Source of the DNA: Nitrosopumilales archaeon
GTDB taxonomy: Archaea; Thermoproteota; Nitrososphaeria; Nitrososphaerales; Nitrososphaeraceae
Length of the DNA stretch: 24,817 nucleotides
Assembly: GCA_044507735.1 (NCBI GenBank)
Contig: JBIQJB010000016.1
Coordinates: forward strand, 1-24,817
Direction: 5' to 3'
Every line of letters starts with the position of its first letter. The stretch's first letter is position 1. Of this stretch, positions 1-8,125 are shown in pieces. Both the position numbers and the translations under genes were made by a program. Below the pieces are notes generated by a model. The model saw only the letters and a program-made list of their open reading frames with translations. It did no database searches and was not told the DNA's origin.

Positions 1-63
1 GGCGGCATGGGTGGTATGGGCGGCATGGGTGGTATGGGCGGCATGCCCGGAATGGAGATGTAA
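1..63 (+). CDS. ths: 3' end of group II chaperonin (thermosome) subunit, partial
   Basis: Frame 1 reads GGMGGMGGMGGMGGMPGMEM-stop (TAA 61-63), the Gly-Gly-Met tail typical of chaperonins. The gene starts upstream of the window. Confidence 0.85.
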   Translation, partial: GGMGGMGGMGGMGGMPGMEM

Positions 64-80
64 GGTCTCCCTAACCCCCG

Positions 81-302
81 CTACTTTTTTGATTCTGCTT
101 CAATTACCTCTTTTATCCAACTTCCTGTCTCCTGCATCTTCAATAGTTTGTTCAGGAATTCCTTCCATGAAATGCTGCCATATGCATCGACCCATGCTCT
201 GTAGTGATTTATCATGCTGTCGAGGGCCTGCTTGTGGTGTAGGCAATACTTGGTGTCGGGCAATGCATTTCTGTGGCATGCGGCGCACTTTTGCTGAGTC
301 AT
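81..302 (-). CDS. small hypothetical protein with N-terminal C-x2-C-x10-C-x2-H putative Zn-binding motif
   Basis: CAACHRNALPDTKYCLHH followed by an amphipathic helical region; TATA-like TAAAAT/TAAATAAA upstream on the minus strand. Confidence 0.75.
   Translation of the reverse strand: MTQQKCAACHRNALPDTKYCLHHKQALDSMINHYRAWVDAYGSISWKEFLNKLLKMQETGSWIKEVIEAESKK
84..90 (+). terminator. oligo-T tract after thermosome stop, probable archaeal terminator
   Basis: T run about 20 nt after the TAA, inside the 3' end of the convergent small ORF. Confidence 0.35.
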
Positions 303-350
303 GGAACATTTATTTAGAGTCTGAATTTTAAGGGTTATATAACAACAGTC

Positions 351-677
351 ATGCTTACCACCACTTCAAAAGTTATATGGGTAGTTGCCGTCGCGTACCT
401 CGCGTTCTTCTTCGCCCTCGCGTCTGGCATGATAAATGCAATAATTGAGGGAAGGAATCTGTCAGGATTCGTCCTCCCGACACGTTCTGTCCAGACAATC
501 GGTGAAACGGTGGTCATTACACTGGTACTTTTCATAGGCATGATCGGAGCTTTCATGCTCTACCACTCTGGCAGATCGCCAAATCCAAAGGTGCAACAGG
601 TGCTTCTGATATCTGGATTTGGTGTGCTTGGCATTGCACTGCTCATAGGGTTCATCCTGGTAAACGTCAAATTGTAA
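351..677 (+). CDS. 3-TM membrane protein, OST3/OST6 (DC2/OSTC)-like
   Basis: Three hydrophobic segments; motif pattern SGMINAIIEG...F...QTIGE...G..G...LLISGF...KL matches the DC2/OSTC layout as recalled; TTATATAA box at about 335-342. Confidence 0.7.
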   Translation: MLTTTSKVIWVVAVAYLAFFFALASGMINAIIEGRNLSGFVLPTRSVQTIGETVVITLVLFIGMIGAFMLYHSGRSPNPKVQQVLLISGFGVLGIALLIGFILVNVKL

Positions 678-1281
678 TCAGGATGTTGCTGTCTTTACCA
701 TAGATCAGCTGCGTGCCTACAGGCACCGAGTCATGCTCTTCTATCGTCACCACGATATCGTCGTTCCCTGGTGAAGAACGCTCAACGCTCAACCTGACTG
801 CACTTTTGTGCTTTAGCAGCCGGCGGCTTGCAGGAGACTGGACCCATCCACGATCCTTTCTGTAGCGGAGCATGCTTGTGGCAAGCACCGGAATGTTTTC
901 GTCAAAGCCGCGCCTTACAAGCAACATTAAGAGTATGGAAAGCAGGTGGTTCAAGTCGCCAGTCCTGACTTGCGCAGGAAACAGGTTGTAAAAGCTGTTG
1001 ACGGAATCAAATATTACAAGCTGGCTTTTACCCATTGTTTCCATTATCTCTCTTATCATGGGCACGAGCCTGCCTTCTGATGGCAGATAGACGTCGATGC
1101 TGCTTCCTGCTCTTGGCTTTACTAGCATGGCGTTAAAGTATGCGGCAAAAGTCGTATCGAGATCAATATAGCTTACCCTATCAAACTGCGACACAAGATG
1201 TGCCATAAAGCAGAGCTTGGCGTATGGGTCGCTGAACATTAGCGTATTTAAGCCACGCGTGCTCAGTATCTTTTCCTGCAA
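667..1281 (-). CDS. RecA/RadB-fold protein with degenerate P-loop (probably inactive ATPase)
   Basis: VSYIDLD strand and Walker-B-like LVIFDSVNSFY are present; the Walker A position reads FSDPYAKL instead of GxxxxGKT; TTG start. Confidence 0.65.
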   Translation of the reverse strand: MQEKILSTRGLNTLMFSDPYAKLCFMAHLVSQFDRVSYIDLDTTFAAYFNAMLVKPRAGSSIDVYLPSEGRLVPMIREIMETMGKSQLVIFDSVNSFYNLFPAQVRTGDLNHLLSILLMLLVRRGFDENIPVLATSMLRYRKDRGWVQSPASRRLLKHKSAVRLSVERSSPGNDDIVVTIEEHDSVPVGTQLIYGKDSNILITI

Positions 1282-1331
1282 TTGCTGATCAACTACTATT
1301 TATCACATGGAGAGGTTGGATATAATAGCAC

Positions 1332-2507
1332 ATGAGTGAAATCGACGGCCTGAGGATGATAAGGCATGACTTCCCGCTGACCAAGAAGGTCATTTACATG
1401 AACAACGGTGCGATAGCACCGACTCCCCTGTCGACGGTCAAGGCGGTAGCTGACTTTATGCTAAAGTGTGCCGAAGCTGGACCTGATGCTCCAGAGATCT
1501 CTGACTATACAACGGCGCTGCTCGACGAGCTTCGTACAAGAATAACCCACCTGATAAACTGCGAGCGCGACGAAGTAGTTCTTGTCCAGAGCACTACCGA
1601 GGGACTCAATATGGTAGCGAACGGTATCTGCTGGCGGAAGGGAGATGCAATCGTTGTCAGGGGTGGCAGACACGAACACTATGCTAACTACTTGCCATGG
1701 GTTTCGCTCTCTCAAAGAAAAGGCGTACAGCTCCGAGACCTTGCTATCGATGAAGACAGCGGATACTTTGACATGGCCGACCTTGAGAAATCAGTCAAAG
1801 GTGCGCGTATGGTGGCGATGAGCCACGCACTGTACAACACTGGCGCGGTGATGCCACTTGAAGAGGTGGGTAAGATTGCGGAGGAAAACAACGTGCTGTT
1901 TTGTGTTGATGCGGCGCAGAGCGCTGGCACGATCCCGATCGACGTGAAGAAGATAGGCTGTCACTTCATGGCGTTCCCGGGCTTCAAGTGGCTCTGCGGC
2001 CCGACTGGTATTGGAGTCTTTTACATCAACAGAAGGGTACATGAACTTCTTACACCACCGTCAATAGGTGTCGAGTCTGCCTTGATATCTGATCAGAACG
2101 TAATCGCGTACCTTGACCCTCCAGCGAGGTTTCAGGCAGGATTTCGCAACTTTCCCGGTGCAGCTGGGCTTGAAGCATCGATGAGATATCTGTTAAGAAT
2201 CGGACTCGACAACATCCGAAAAATGAATATGAAAGTCGCAATTGCCCTTCGCGAAGAAATCGGCAAGATTCCAAACACCAAGATTTATGGTCCTGACGAC
2301 GAAAACAAACGTACGTCGATCGTCACGTTCACCACAAGTGTAGCAGACTCGTCTACGATAGTGAAAAAGCTGGAACAGGATCGCATAATATTTGCGACGA
2401 GAGACATTGGAGGCGGTAGAAAAGCGGTAAGGGCAGCGCCACACTTTTTCAACAATGAAGAAGAAGCAGTGACCGCTGCAAATTATGTCAAGAGCCTTCT
2501 TCTCTGA
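1332..2507 (+). CDS. class V PLP-dependent enzyme (cysteine desulfurase/C-S lyase superfamily), lacking the persulfide Cys
   Basis: YMNNGA, STTEG, EHYAN, DAAQS and PLP-lysine motif PGFKWLCGPTG, plus C-terminal VRAAPHFFN; no SSGSAC or RAGHHC motif. Confidence 0.9.
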   Translation: MSEIDGLRMIRHDFPLTKKVIYMNNGAIAPTPLSTVKAVADFMLKCAEAGPDAPEISDYTTALLDELRTRITHLINCERDEVVLVQSTTEGLNMVANGICWRKGDAIVVRGGRHEHYANYLPWVSLSQRKGVQLRDLAIDEDSGYFDMADLEKSVKGARMVAMSHALYNTGAVMPLEEVGKIAEENNVLFCVDAAQSAGTIPIDVKKIGCHFMAFPGFKWLCGPTGIGVFYINRRVHELLTPPSIGVESALISDQNVIAYLDPPARFQAGFRNFPGAAGLEASMRYLLRIGLDNIRKMNMKVAIALREEIGKIPNTKIYGPDDENKRTSIVTFTTSVADSSTIVKKLEQDRIIFATRDIGGGRKAVRAAPHFFNNEEEAVTAANYVKSLLL

Positions 2508-2512
2508 CCACT

Positions 2513-2764
2513 CTATTTCTTTTTGTCGCCCTGCCCTTCAATCACAATCATAGTCAGAGTCGACCGGACCTTGTCGATGCGCCTGACGTGCCACGTTATC
2601 GTTTCGCGCAGTTTATCCATTGAGTCAGACGTTATCTTGGCTATAATGTCGTATACTCCGTAGACTCCTGATACTTCAACAGCCTCTGGCAGCTTTTTGA
2701 TTTCCTTGATGATCTCTTCTTCCGAACCCAAGTCGCAGTTGATAAGAACGTATGCTGTTGGCAT
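2513..2764 (-). CDS. stand-alone Lrp/AsnC ligand-binding (RAM) domain protein
   Basis: AYVLIN...EV..VYGVYDII.K...IRxIDKVRST.T.I pattern; 83 aa with no HTH. Confidence 0.92.
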   Translation of the reverse strand: MPTAYVLINCDLGSEEEIIKEIKKLPEAVEVSGVYGVYDIIAKITSDSMDKLRETITWHVRRIDKVRSTLTMIVIEGQGDKKK

Positions 2765-2853
2765 ATGGAAATATAGCGTTGTGAGTAATTAAACAGATCG
2801 TATCGCTTACTCAGGCATAGTTATTAACGAGACTCCTAGTTCTAGAGGCATAC

Positions 2854-3501
2854 ATGAGAGTGTTCGACCTTACGATGCAGATAACTCCTTCCATCAAGGT
2901 CTTCCCTGGCTCACCTCAACCGTCATTTATCCCATGGTCAAGGTTCGATTCTCACGGGTACGACTCGGAGGCCATGTTCATGAGCACCCATACGGGCACA
3001 CATGTCGATGCACCCTCTCACTTTGTGCCTCGACTGGCAAGTATTGACGAGATTCCCGCCGGCAGGCTGGTCTCCAACGCTGTCCTAATCAAAGCTCCCA
3101 AGCAGGCAAACCAGCTGATAGAGCGAGAGGACCTTGGCAATGAGAAGATAGAACAGGGGGAATCGGTCATTATTGCAACAGGCTGGGAAAAGCGCTCTGC
3201 AAAGAGCAACTATATGGCTGAAAATCCGGGTCTTTCGGCAGATGCCGCGAAATATCTGGCAAGGAAAAAAGTCAACGCAGTCGCGATTGATGGACCCAGC
3301 ATCGACGCAGGATTCGATGCAAAGTTCACCGCTCACCACATTTTGCTTTCGAGCAACATCCTTGTGGTTGAAAATCTGTGCAATGTATACAAGATAGCAG
3401 CAAAAACAACAAGAACGACAAAGAGGTTTACGTTGGTATTGAGCCCGTTGAAACTTGCTGGCGCAACAGGATCACCGACACGTGTTCTCGCCATTCTATG
3501 A
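2854..3501 (+). CDS. cyclase family metal-dependent hydrolase (kynurenine formamidase-like)
   Basis: HTGTHVDAPSHF signature, DGPSID, H..LL..NILVVENL and GSPTR. Confidence 0.92.
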   Translation: MRVFDLTMQITPSIKVFPGSPQPSFIPWSRFDSHGYDSEAMFMSTHTGTHVDAPSHFVPRLASIDEIPAGRLVSNAVLIKAPKQANQLIEREDLGNEKIEQGESVIIATGWEKRSAKSNYMAENPGLSADAAKYLARKKVNAVAIDGPSIDAGFDAKFTAHHILLSSNILVVENLCNVYKIAAKTTRTTKRFTLVLSPLKLAGATGSPTRVLAIL

Positions 3502-3603
3502 ATTTCGTAAGAGGTGCTGTTGTATTGCAGTAGAGTCCTATGGAGACATGATCAAGAACGACTTTGCAACAAGCTTTTTAGAACATTCGCGAAACTCTTG
3601 CAC

Positions 3604-3849
3604 ATGGAACTCGAACGCCCAAGGAAAATGGAGCTGCTGCACACGCCCAAGTTTGAAGTGCTAAGGCTCTTGAGGGAATATTCTCTGACGATCGACGAAG
3701 TAGTGTTCTTGCTTGGCGCTAACAAGCTGGGGGTGGCCGACGTCCGGATTAATGCACCTACTATATGCGACAAGTTGTTGGAAATGTTCCTTCGCCAGAT
3801 TGTCAAGAAGCAGCAGGCTGCTTCTGCTCCTCATTCCGTGGTTGCGTGA
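3604..3849 (+). CDS. hypothetical protein; ATG 3604 preferred over GTG 3514
   Basis: Helical, protein-like sequence MELERPRKMELLHTPKFEVLRLL...; TTTTTA element about 25 nt upstream of 3604. Confidence 0.55.
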   Translation: MELERPRKMELLHTPKFEVLRLLREYSLTIDEVVFLLGANKLGVADVRINAPTICDKLLEMFLRQIVKKQQAASAPHSVVA

Positions 3850-4209
3850 TGGTAGTAGTTCATTGCTCGCTTGCCTGCAAAGCATGGGCATCAGACCAAC
3901 TCGGCAAGTCGATGTAGTTGTGAGTCGAAAAGTGGCATCAAATTCATGTACTCCATGCTTCCGCAGTCTTGCATGCCGCACTTGGCTTGTTAATGCAGGC
4001 TAGGCACAACTCGTTGCTTGATACGCCCATGAACCGCGATGAGGGATACTTGCCGATCCACGGTATCTTTTCATGGTAGATCCATTCTTCCCCAAAGCCT
4101 ACAATGTTAAATGAGACTATACATCTATCGATTGCACAGGTGATGATGGAATCTATGCTTTTCATGCTGGAGCGTTGATATATGGCTGCGTGGAAGCGTA
4201 ACCTGTTCT

Positions 4210-4299
4210 GGGCCCGTAGCTCAGCCAGGTAGAGTACCGGACTTTTAACCATCATGGAAAGAAATCCGGCTGTCTCGGGTTCGAATCCCGACGGGCCCG
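4210..4299 (+). tRNA. tRNA-Lys(UUU) with 16-nt intron at 37/38 (4248-4263)
   Basis: Acceptor GGGCCCG/CGGGCCC, anticodon stem CCGGA/TCCGG, loop CT-TTT-A, BHB with central helix CTTT/AAAG, canonical T-loop TTCGAAT. Confidence 0.95.
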
Positions 4300-4340
4300 C
4301 ATCATTATTGCTGCGCAAAGAGGATCCTCGTGATGGGAAA

Positions 4341-4496
4341 GTGGTACAATTAGCAGTGGACAGAACGAAGGCTGTTGCGTCACAAGTTCACGTGAAAGGC
4401 ATCGAGAATCAATATGGGCATGCCAAGGAATGCCGCAAGAAGAGTCTGGTGATCTTGAATGAATTGCGAGAAATGGATTGTAATTGCTGCTCGTAG
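4341..4496 (+). CDS. possible small protein ending in CNCCS
   Basis: The part of ORF 4254-4496 downstream of the tRNA, from GTG 4341; no recognisable domain. Confidence 0.3.
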   Translation: MVQLAVDRTKAVASQVHVKGIENQYGHAKECRKKSLVILNELREMDCNCCS

Positions 4497-4564
4497 AAAA
4501 TGTAACGGGTTGATAGTTTAGGAACAAGGTATAAGAGTTCGTTCTCAATATTTGAGACGAGGAG

Positions 4565-4912
4565 ATGGACGACGAATCTTCTCAGAAGAAAAAAAGTTTC
4601 GACGCAATTATCACTGCGATAAACATGGCTGCGATGGGAGCCGGGATCGCAGCTGCAGTATTTGCGGCAAACAAGGGCAAGTCCGCTAGTACTGACGCAG
4701 AGAAGATTGAAAGGAGCATCAGCGAGCTCAAGAGCAAGTTTGACATGGTTTCGCAGCAGCTAAAGAACATACAGCCTGAAGTCAGAGCAGCTACAAAGGA
4801 AGTGGAGGAAAAACCAGAAAGCACTCAACAACAGCCAAATGCAAAGTCGCAACAGCAGCAGCAGGATGTAATCTATGTGCGCAAATCATCAGAGTTTTCA
4901 TTCTACAACTAG
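4565..4912 (+). CDS. hypothetical protein: Ala/Gly hydrophobic segment, coiled coil, Gln-rich tail
   Basis: AAMGAGIAAAVFAA, heptad-like IERSISELKSKFDMVSQQL, QQQQQ; TATAAG upstream and GAGGAG just before the ATG. Confidence 0.7.
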   Translation: MDDESSQKKKSFDAIITAINMAAMGAGIAAAVFAANKGKSASTDAEKIERSISELKSKFDMVSQQLKNIQPEVRAATKEVEEKPESTQQQPNAKSQQQQQDVIYVRKSSEFSFYN

Positions 4913-4966
4913 CTTATAGCATAAAGTTACTATTCTCGTTTATACCCCAATGGTGCCATCTGATTA

Positions 4967-5410
4967 TTGCTCCTCAAGGTTATAGCTTTCGCTGCGGTAG
5001 CGGGTGCCGTTGCAATCGCGCTCGTCATTTTCTTGATGTCATCAAGTACGAATCCAGGAATCCCAAACGTCAGGTTCACTGACTTCACAGCTGACAGAAT
5101 TGACATTAGAGTCGGACAAACTACAAACATTGTCTTCAACGTGCAGAACTTGGAGGATCGCGCAATAACTGACGCTCGCGTGGCAATCGTCATAGAACCA
5201 TCGGGCTACCAGCCGTATCTGACCATCGACAAACCCTCTGTGGACCTTCCTGACATGCTGAGTAAAGATGCTCGAACAGGCCAAATGCGAGTCACCATAG
5301 CAGCAAATGGAGCGCCTGCAAAGGAGGCCTTGTATGTTGTCAAGGGAGTGCTGATGGTTGAAGGCGTGCAATCAGACGTAAGAGAATTTGAGCTGAGGAT
5401 ACGTCAATAG
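4967..5410 (+). CDS. membrane-anchored extracellular protein with beta-rich (Ig/CARDB-like) domain
   Basis: N-terminal TM helix, then alternating beta-strand pattern (GQTTNIVFNVQN, VAIVIEP, MRVTIAA); TTTATA upstream. Confidence 0.75.
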   Translation: MLLKVIAFAAVAGAVAIALVIFLMSSSTNPGIPNVRFTDFTADRIDIRVGQTTNIVFNVQNLEDRAITDARVAIVIEPSGYQPYLTIDKPSVDLPDMLSKDARTGQMRVTIAANGAPAKEALYVVKGVLMVEGVQSDVREFELRIRQ

Positions 5411-5430
5411 TAGCAATCGCCACCGCTCAC

Positions 5431-5436
5431 TTTTTT
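5431..5436 (+). terminator. oligo-T terminator candidate
   Basis: TTTTTT about 20 nt after the stop at 5410. Confidence 0.35.
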
Positions 5437-5497
5437 GTCGTACTCAATTACGCGACCACACTACACTGCACATATTGGATAAATTCTGCAACCCTGC

Positions 5498-8008
5498 CTA
5501 AAGGACGAAATACTCAGCTTCAGGATGATGCACCACTATCGCAGCAGTCGACTGGTCAGGCACTATCTGGCCCGACTCTGTGAGAGTCATGCCTGACTTT
5601 GCTGGGTCAAGTATCTGCCACACAAGGTGATGCTGAGCGATATCGGGGCAGCTCGGGTATCCCCAGCTGTAGCGAAGCCCTCTCTTTGGCCCAATCTTGA
5701 GCTCCTCCCGGATCTTGGCGTTCACCCATTCGGCCATCGCTTCGGCGGTTTCGACCGCAAGCCCGTGCAAGTAGTATGCGTCGGTGTACTTGTCCTGCTT
5801 GTTCCATTTGTCAATTACCTCTGTTACCTTGGCCCCCGCAGTCACAGACTGAAACGCGACTATGTCATCTTTGCCGAAATAGTCTGCAAGGCACAGGTGC
5901 TTTTCCTTGGACGAGCGCGGGAACTCGAACACCAGCTGCCTGCCGTCAGTCAAGTCGACTGCAAGCATGCCTGTGCCACTTTGATTTGGAGTAAGGTTGT
6001 GGCATCTGTAATAACCATAGACCGCACGGGGCTCAAACAGCTTATCGTTTATTACGCGCTCTTTCCACTGCCTGAGAAGTTCTTCCGGATCTTGATCGGA
6101 TGCCCCCTTTCCTCTCATTCCCCACTGAAGGACAAACAACGACTTTTTGTTAAGATACTTCCAGACCTCATCTAGGCTAACCTGCGAAGGCTCGATTCTT
6201 ATTGGCTCATTGAGGTGGGGGGGAACTGGCGGCTCGACAGGCTTGATGCCGCTGTGGGGCAGCAGAGACTGATCCACTGTAGCAGATTGCCTCTCGTTCC
6301 ACTCTTCCAGCTTTTGCTGCCATTCGCTAACAAACTGCTGGCGTTCTGGTGACATCAGCTTGTTCATCACCTTCAGCCCGTCGAATGCCGTCTTGCAGTA
6401 AAATGCCCCTGGCGCATAAATCCCTCCTTCCTTTGCAATTCTGTTGATATAGCTACTGTTGATGGCGGCTCCGCCGCAGAGGACTGGTATCGTCATCTTG
6501 TTCTGTCTTGCGTGCTCGACGAAATACTGCATCTGTTTTGAAGTTGACACCAAGAGCGCAGATAGACCCACCGCGTCTGCCTTGACCTCGTCTATCTTTT
6601 CGAGTATCTTTTGCATTGGCACCTGCTTCCCAAGGTCATATACAGTATAACCGTTGTTCACGAAAATTGTCTTTACAAGGTTCTTGCCGATATCGTGCAC
6701 ATCCCCGTACACTGTGCACAGCACCAGCTTGCCCTTGCTCACACCTTCTTGCTTAATCAGGTATTTTTCCAGTTCGGCGACGGCGGCCTTCATGCATTCG
6801 GCTGACTTTAGTACAAACGGTAGAATCAGCTCACCAGCACCAAACTTGTCTCCCACTTCTTTCATTGCTGGGAGCAGTACTCCATTGAGTGTCTCAACTG
6901 CTGCCTCGTGAGCGGCCTCTCTTGTTGGAGCGCGCAATACAAGCCGGCCATCCTGCATTTCCACCCTGCCTTCACGGGTGCGGTCTGCTATAGCCTGCAC
7001 CACATCGTCCTCTATACCTTCCTTCAACCTGTTGACAATCCTAAAGTAGGTACGCTTGTCTGCCGGCCATCTCGGATCGACTTCAACTCTCTTGGTAGGC
7101 CCAGTGGTGACTGCCTTGGCCCCTTCGAAATACGCAATTAATTCCGCCAGCGCATTTGGATGTTTATTGAATATCAGATCTTCGGCCAGCTTTTTCTGCT
7201 GGTCGTCGATCTCTGGATACGGAATGATGTCACGGGCATTGATTATGACTGTGTCGAGCCCAACCCTTAGCGCATGATACAAGAACACAGAGTTGACCAC
7301 CTTCCTTGCATTTGCCGGCAGACCAAAGCTCACGTTGCTGAGCCCAAGCGTAGTGAAAGAGTCTGGAAACTTTTCCTTTACCAATCTGATCCCTTCAAGC
7401 GTATTTTTCGCGGAATCGGCAAATTCAGCCTCCCCTGTAGCGAGCGTAAATGTCAGCACATCGAAAATGAACTGCCAGCCTTGCAGCCCGTACTGCTTGC
7501 CGGTATCATAGAGGAGCTGCGCCGTGTCCACCTTTTCCTGCGGAGTCTTGGCCATACCTTTTGGTCCAATGCACATTGCAATGGCAGGTAGCCCATACTT
7601 GGCCATCAGCGGCGCCAATGCATGGAAGCGAGATCCATCGCCTTCCAAGTTTATCGAGTTGATTATCGGCCTTCCCGGTATCTGCCTTATTGCAGCTTCT
7701 ACAACTTTTGGGTCCGTAGAGTCAATGACCAGAGGCGCCTCTATCTCTAGGCTGAGGCGCTTGACCAGCTTTGTCATGAACTCTAGCTCATCAGATCTTT
7801 CAGTGGTCGCAACACATACGTCAATGCAATGCGCACCGTCCTCAACCTGTGCCCTTGCGAGGTCGACCAGGCCATCGAGATCGTCGTTCAGCACCATCTC
7901 CTTGGCTTTTTTAGACCCCTGGGCGTTGAGCCGCTCCCCAATAATCAGCGGCGGAGGCTCTTGCCTAAGATCTACTGCCCGTAAAGCGGAACTTACCCTC
8001 GGGATCAA
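5498..8008 (-). CDS. metH: cobalamin-dependent methionine synthase, folate(pterin)-binding + B12-binding + activation domains
   Basis: IGERLNAQGSK, IDST, IINSINLE, GLSNVSFG, VGDKFGAGELILPFVL.SAE.MK, B12 motif GDVHDIGKN, RYSWGYPSCPD. Confidence 0.96.
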   Translation of the reverse strand: MIPRVSSALRAVDLRQEPPPLIIGERLNAQGSKKAKEMVLNDDLDGLVDLARAQVEDGAHCIDVCVATTERSDELEFMTKLVKRLSLEIEAPLVIDSTDPKVVEAAIRQIPGRPIINSINLEGDGSRFHALAPLMAKYGLPAIAMCIGPKGMAKTPQEKVDTAQLLYDTGKQYGLQGWQFIFDVLTFTLATGEAEFADSAKNTLEGIRLVKEKFPDSFTTLGLSNVSFGLPANARKVVNSVFLYHALRVGLDTVIINARDIIPYPEIDDQQKKLAEDLIFNKHPNALAELIAYFEGAKAVTTGPTKRVEVDPRWPADKRTYFRIVNRLKEGIEDDVVQAIADRTREGRVEMQDGRLVLRAPTREAAHEAAVETLNGVLLPAMKEVGDKFGAGELILPFVLKSAECMKAAVAELEKYLIKQEGVSKGKLVLCTVYGDVHDIGKNLVKTIFVNNGYTVYDLGKQVPMQKILEKIDEVKADAVGLSALLVSTSKQMQYFVEHARQNKMTIPVLCGGAAINSSYINRIAKEGGIYAPGAFYCKTAFDGLKVMNKLMSPERQQFVSEWQQKLEEWNERQSATVDQSLLPHSGIKPVEPPVPPHLNEPIRIEPSQVSLDEVWKYLNKKSLFVLQWGMRGKGASDQDPEELLRQWKERVINDKLFEPRAVYGYYRCHNLTPNQSGTGMLAVDLTDGRQLVFEFPRSSKEKHLCLADYFGKDDIVAFQSVTAGAKVTEVIDKWNKQDKYTDAYYLHGLAVETAEAMAEWVNAKIREELKIGPKRGLRYSWGYPSCPDIAQHHLVWQILDPAKSGMTLTESGQIVPDQSTAAIVVHHPEAEYFVL

Positions 8009-8089
8009 GTGTGTTGTGTTTATTTATTAATCCAGTATATTTGCTATGCAGAAAGTCAAAAAAAGTAAACAGTGTACTGAAAATTCTAC

Positions 8090-8121
8090 CTTACTTGTTT
8101 TATATCAAAAAAGCAAGTAAG
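8090..8121. promoter_or_regulatory. 12-bp inverted repeat overlapping a TATA box, candidate operator
   Basis: CTTACTTGTTTT (8090-8101) and AAAGCAAGTAAG (8110-8121) are 11/12 complementary; TTTTATAT at 8098-8105, ATG at 8126. Confidence 0.55.
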
Positions 8122-8125
8122 AAAC

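Noticed and set aside
1-45. 9-bp tandem repeat GG(C/T)GG(C/T)ATG
   Set aside because: It encodes the chaperonin GGM tail; not a CRISPR or independent repeat.
11-331. 106-aa plus-strand ORF
   Set aside because: Out-of-frame reading of the GGM repeat, and antisense to the better 81-302 ORF.
3944-4548. ORFs 3944-4318, 4252-4548 and the 5' part of 4254-4496
   Set aside because: They run through tRNA-Lys; GPSGFEPET and GSNPDGP are tRNA translation artefacts.
5607-8030. Numerous antisense/alternate-frame ORFs inside metH (likewise within asnS, rtcB, purB, pmm, thiL)
   Set aside because: Shadow ORFs of well-supported genes.
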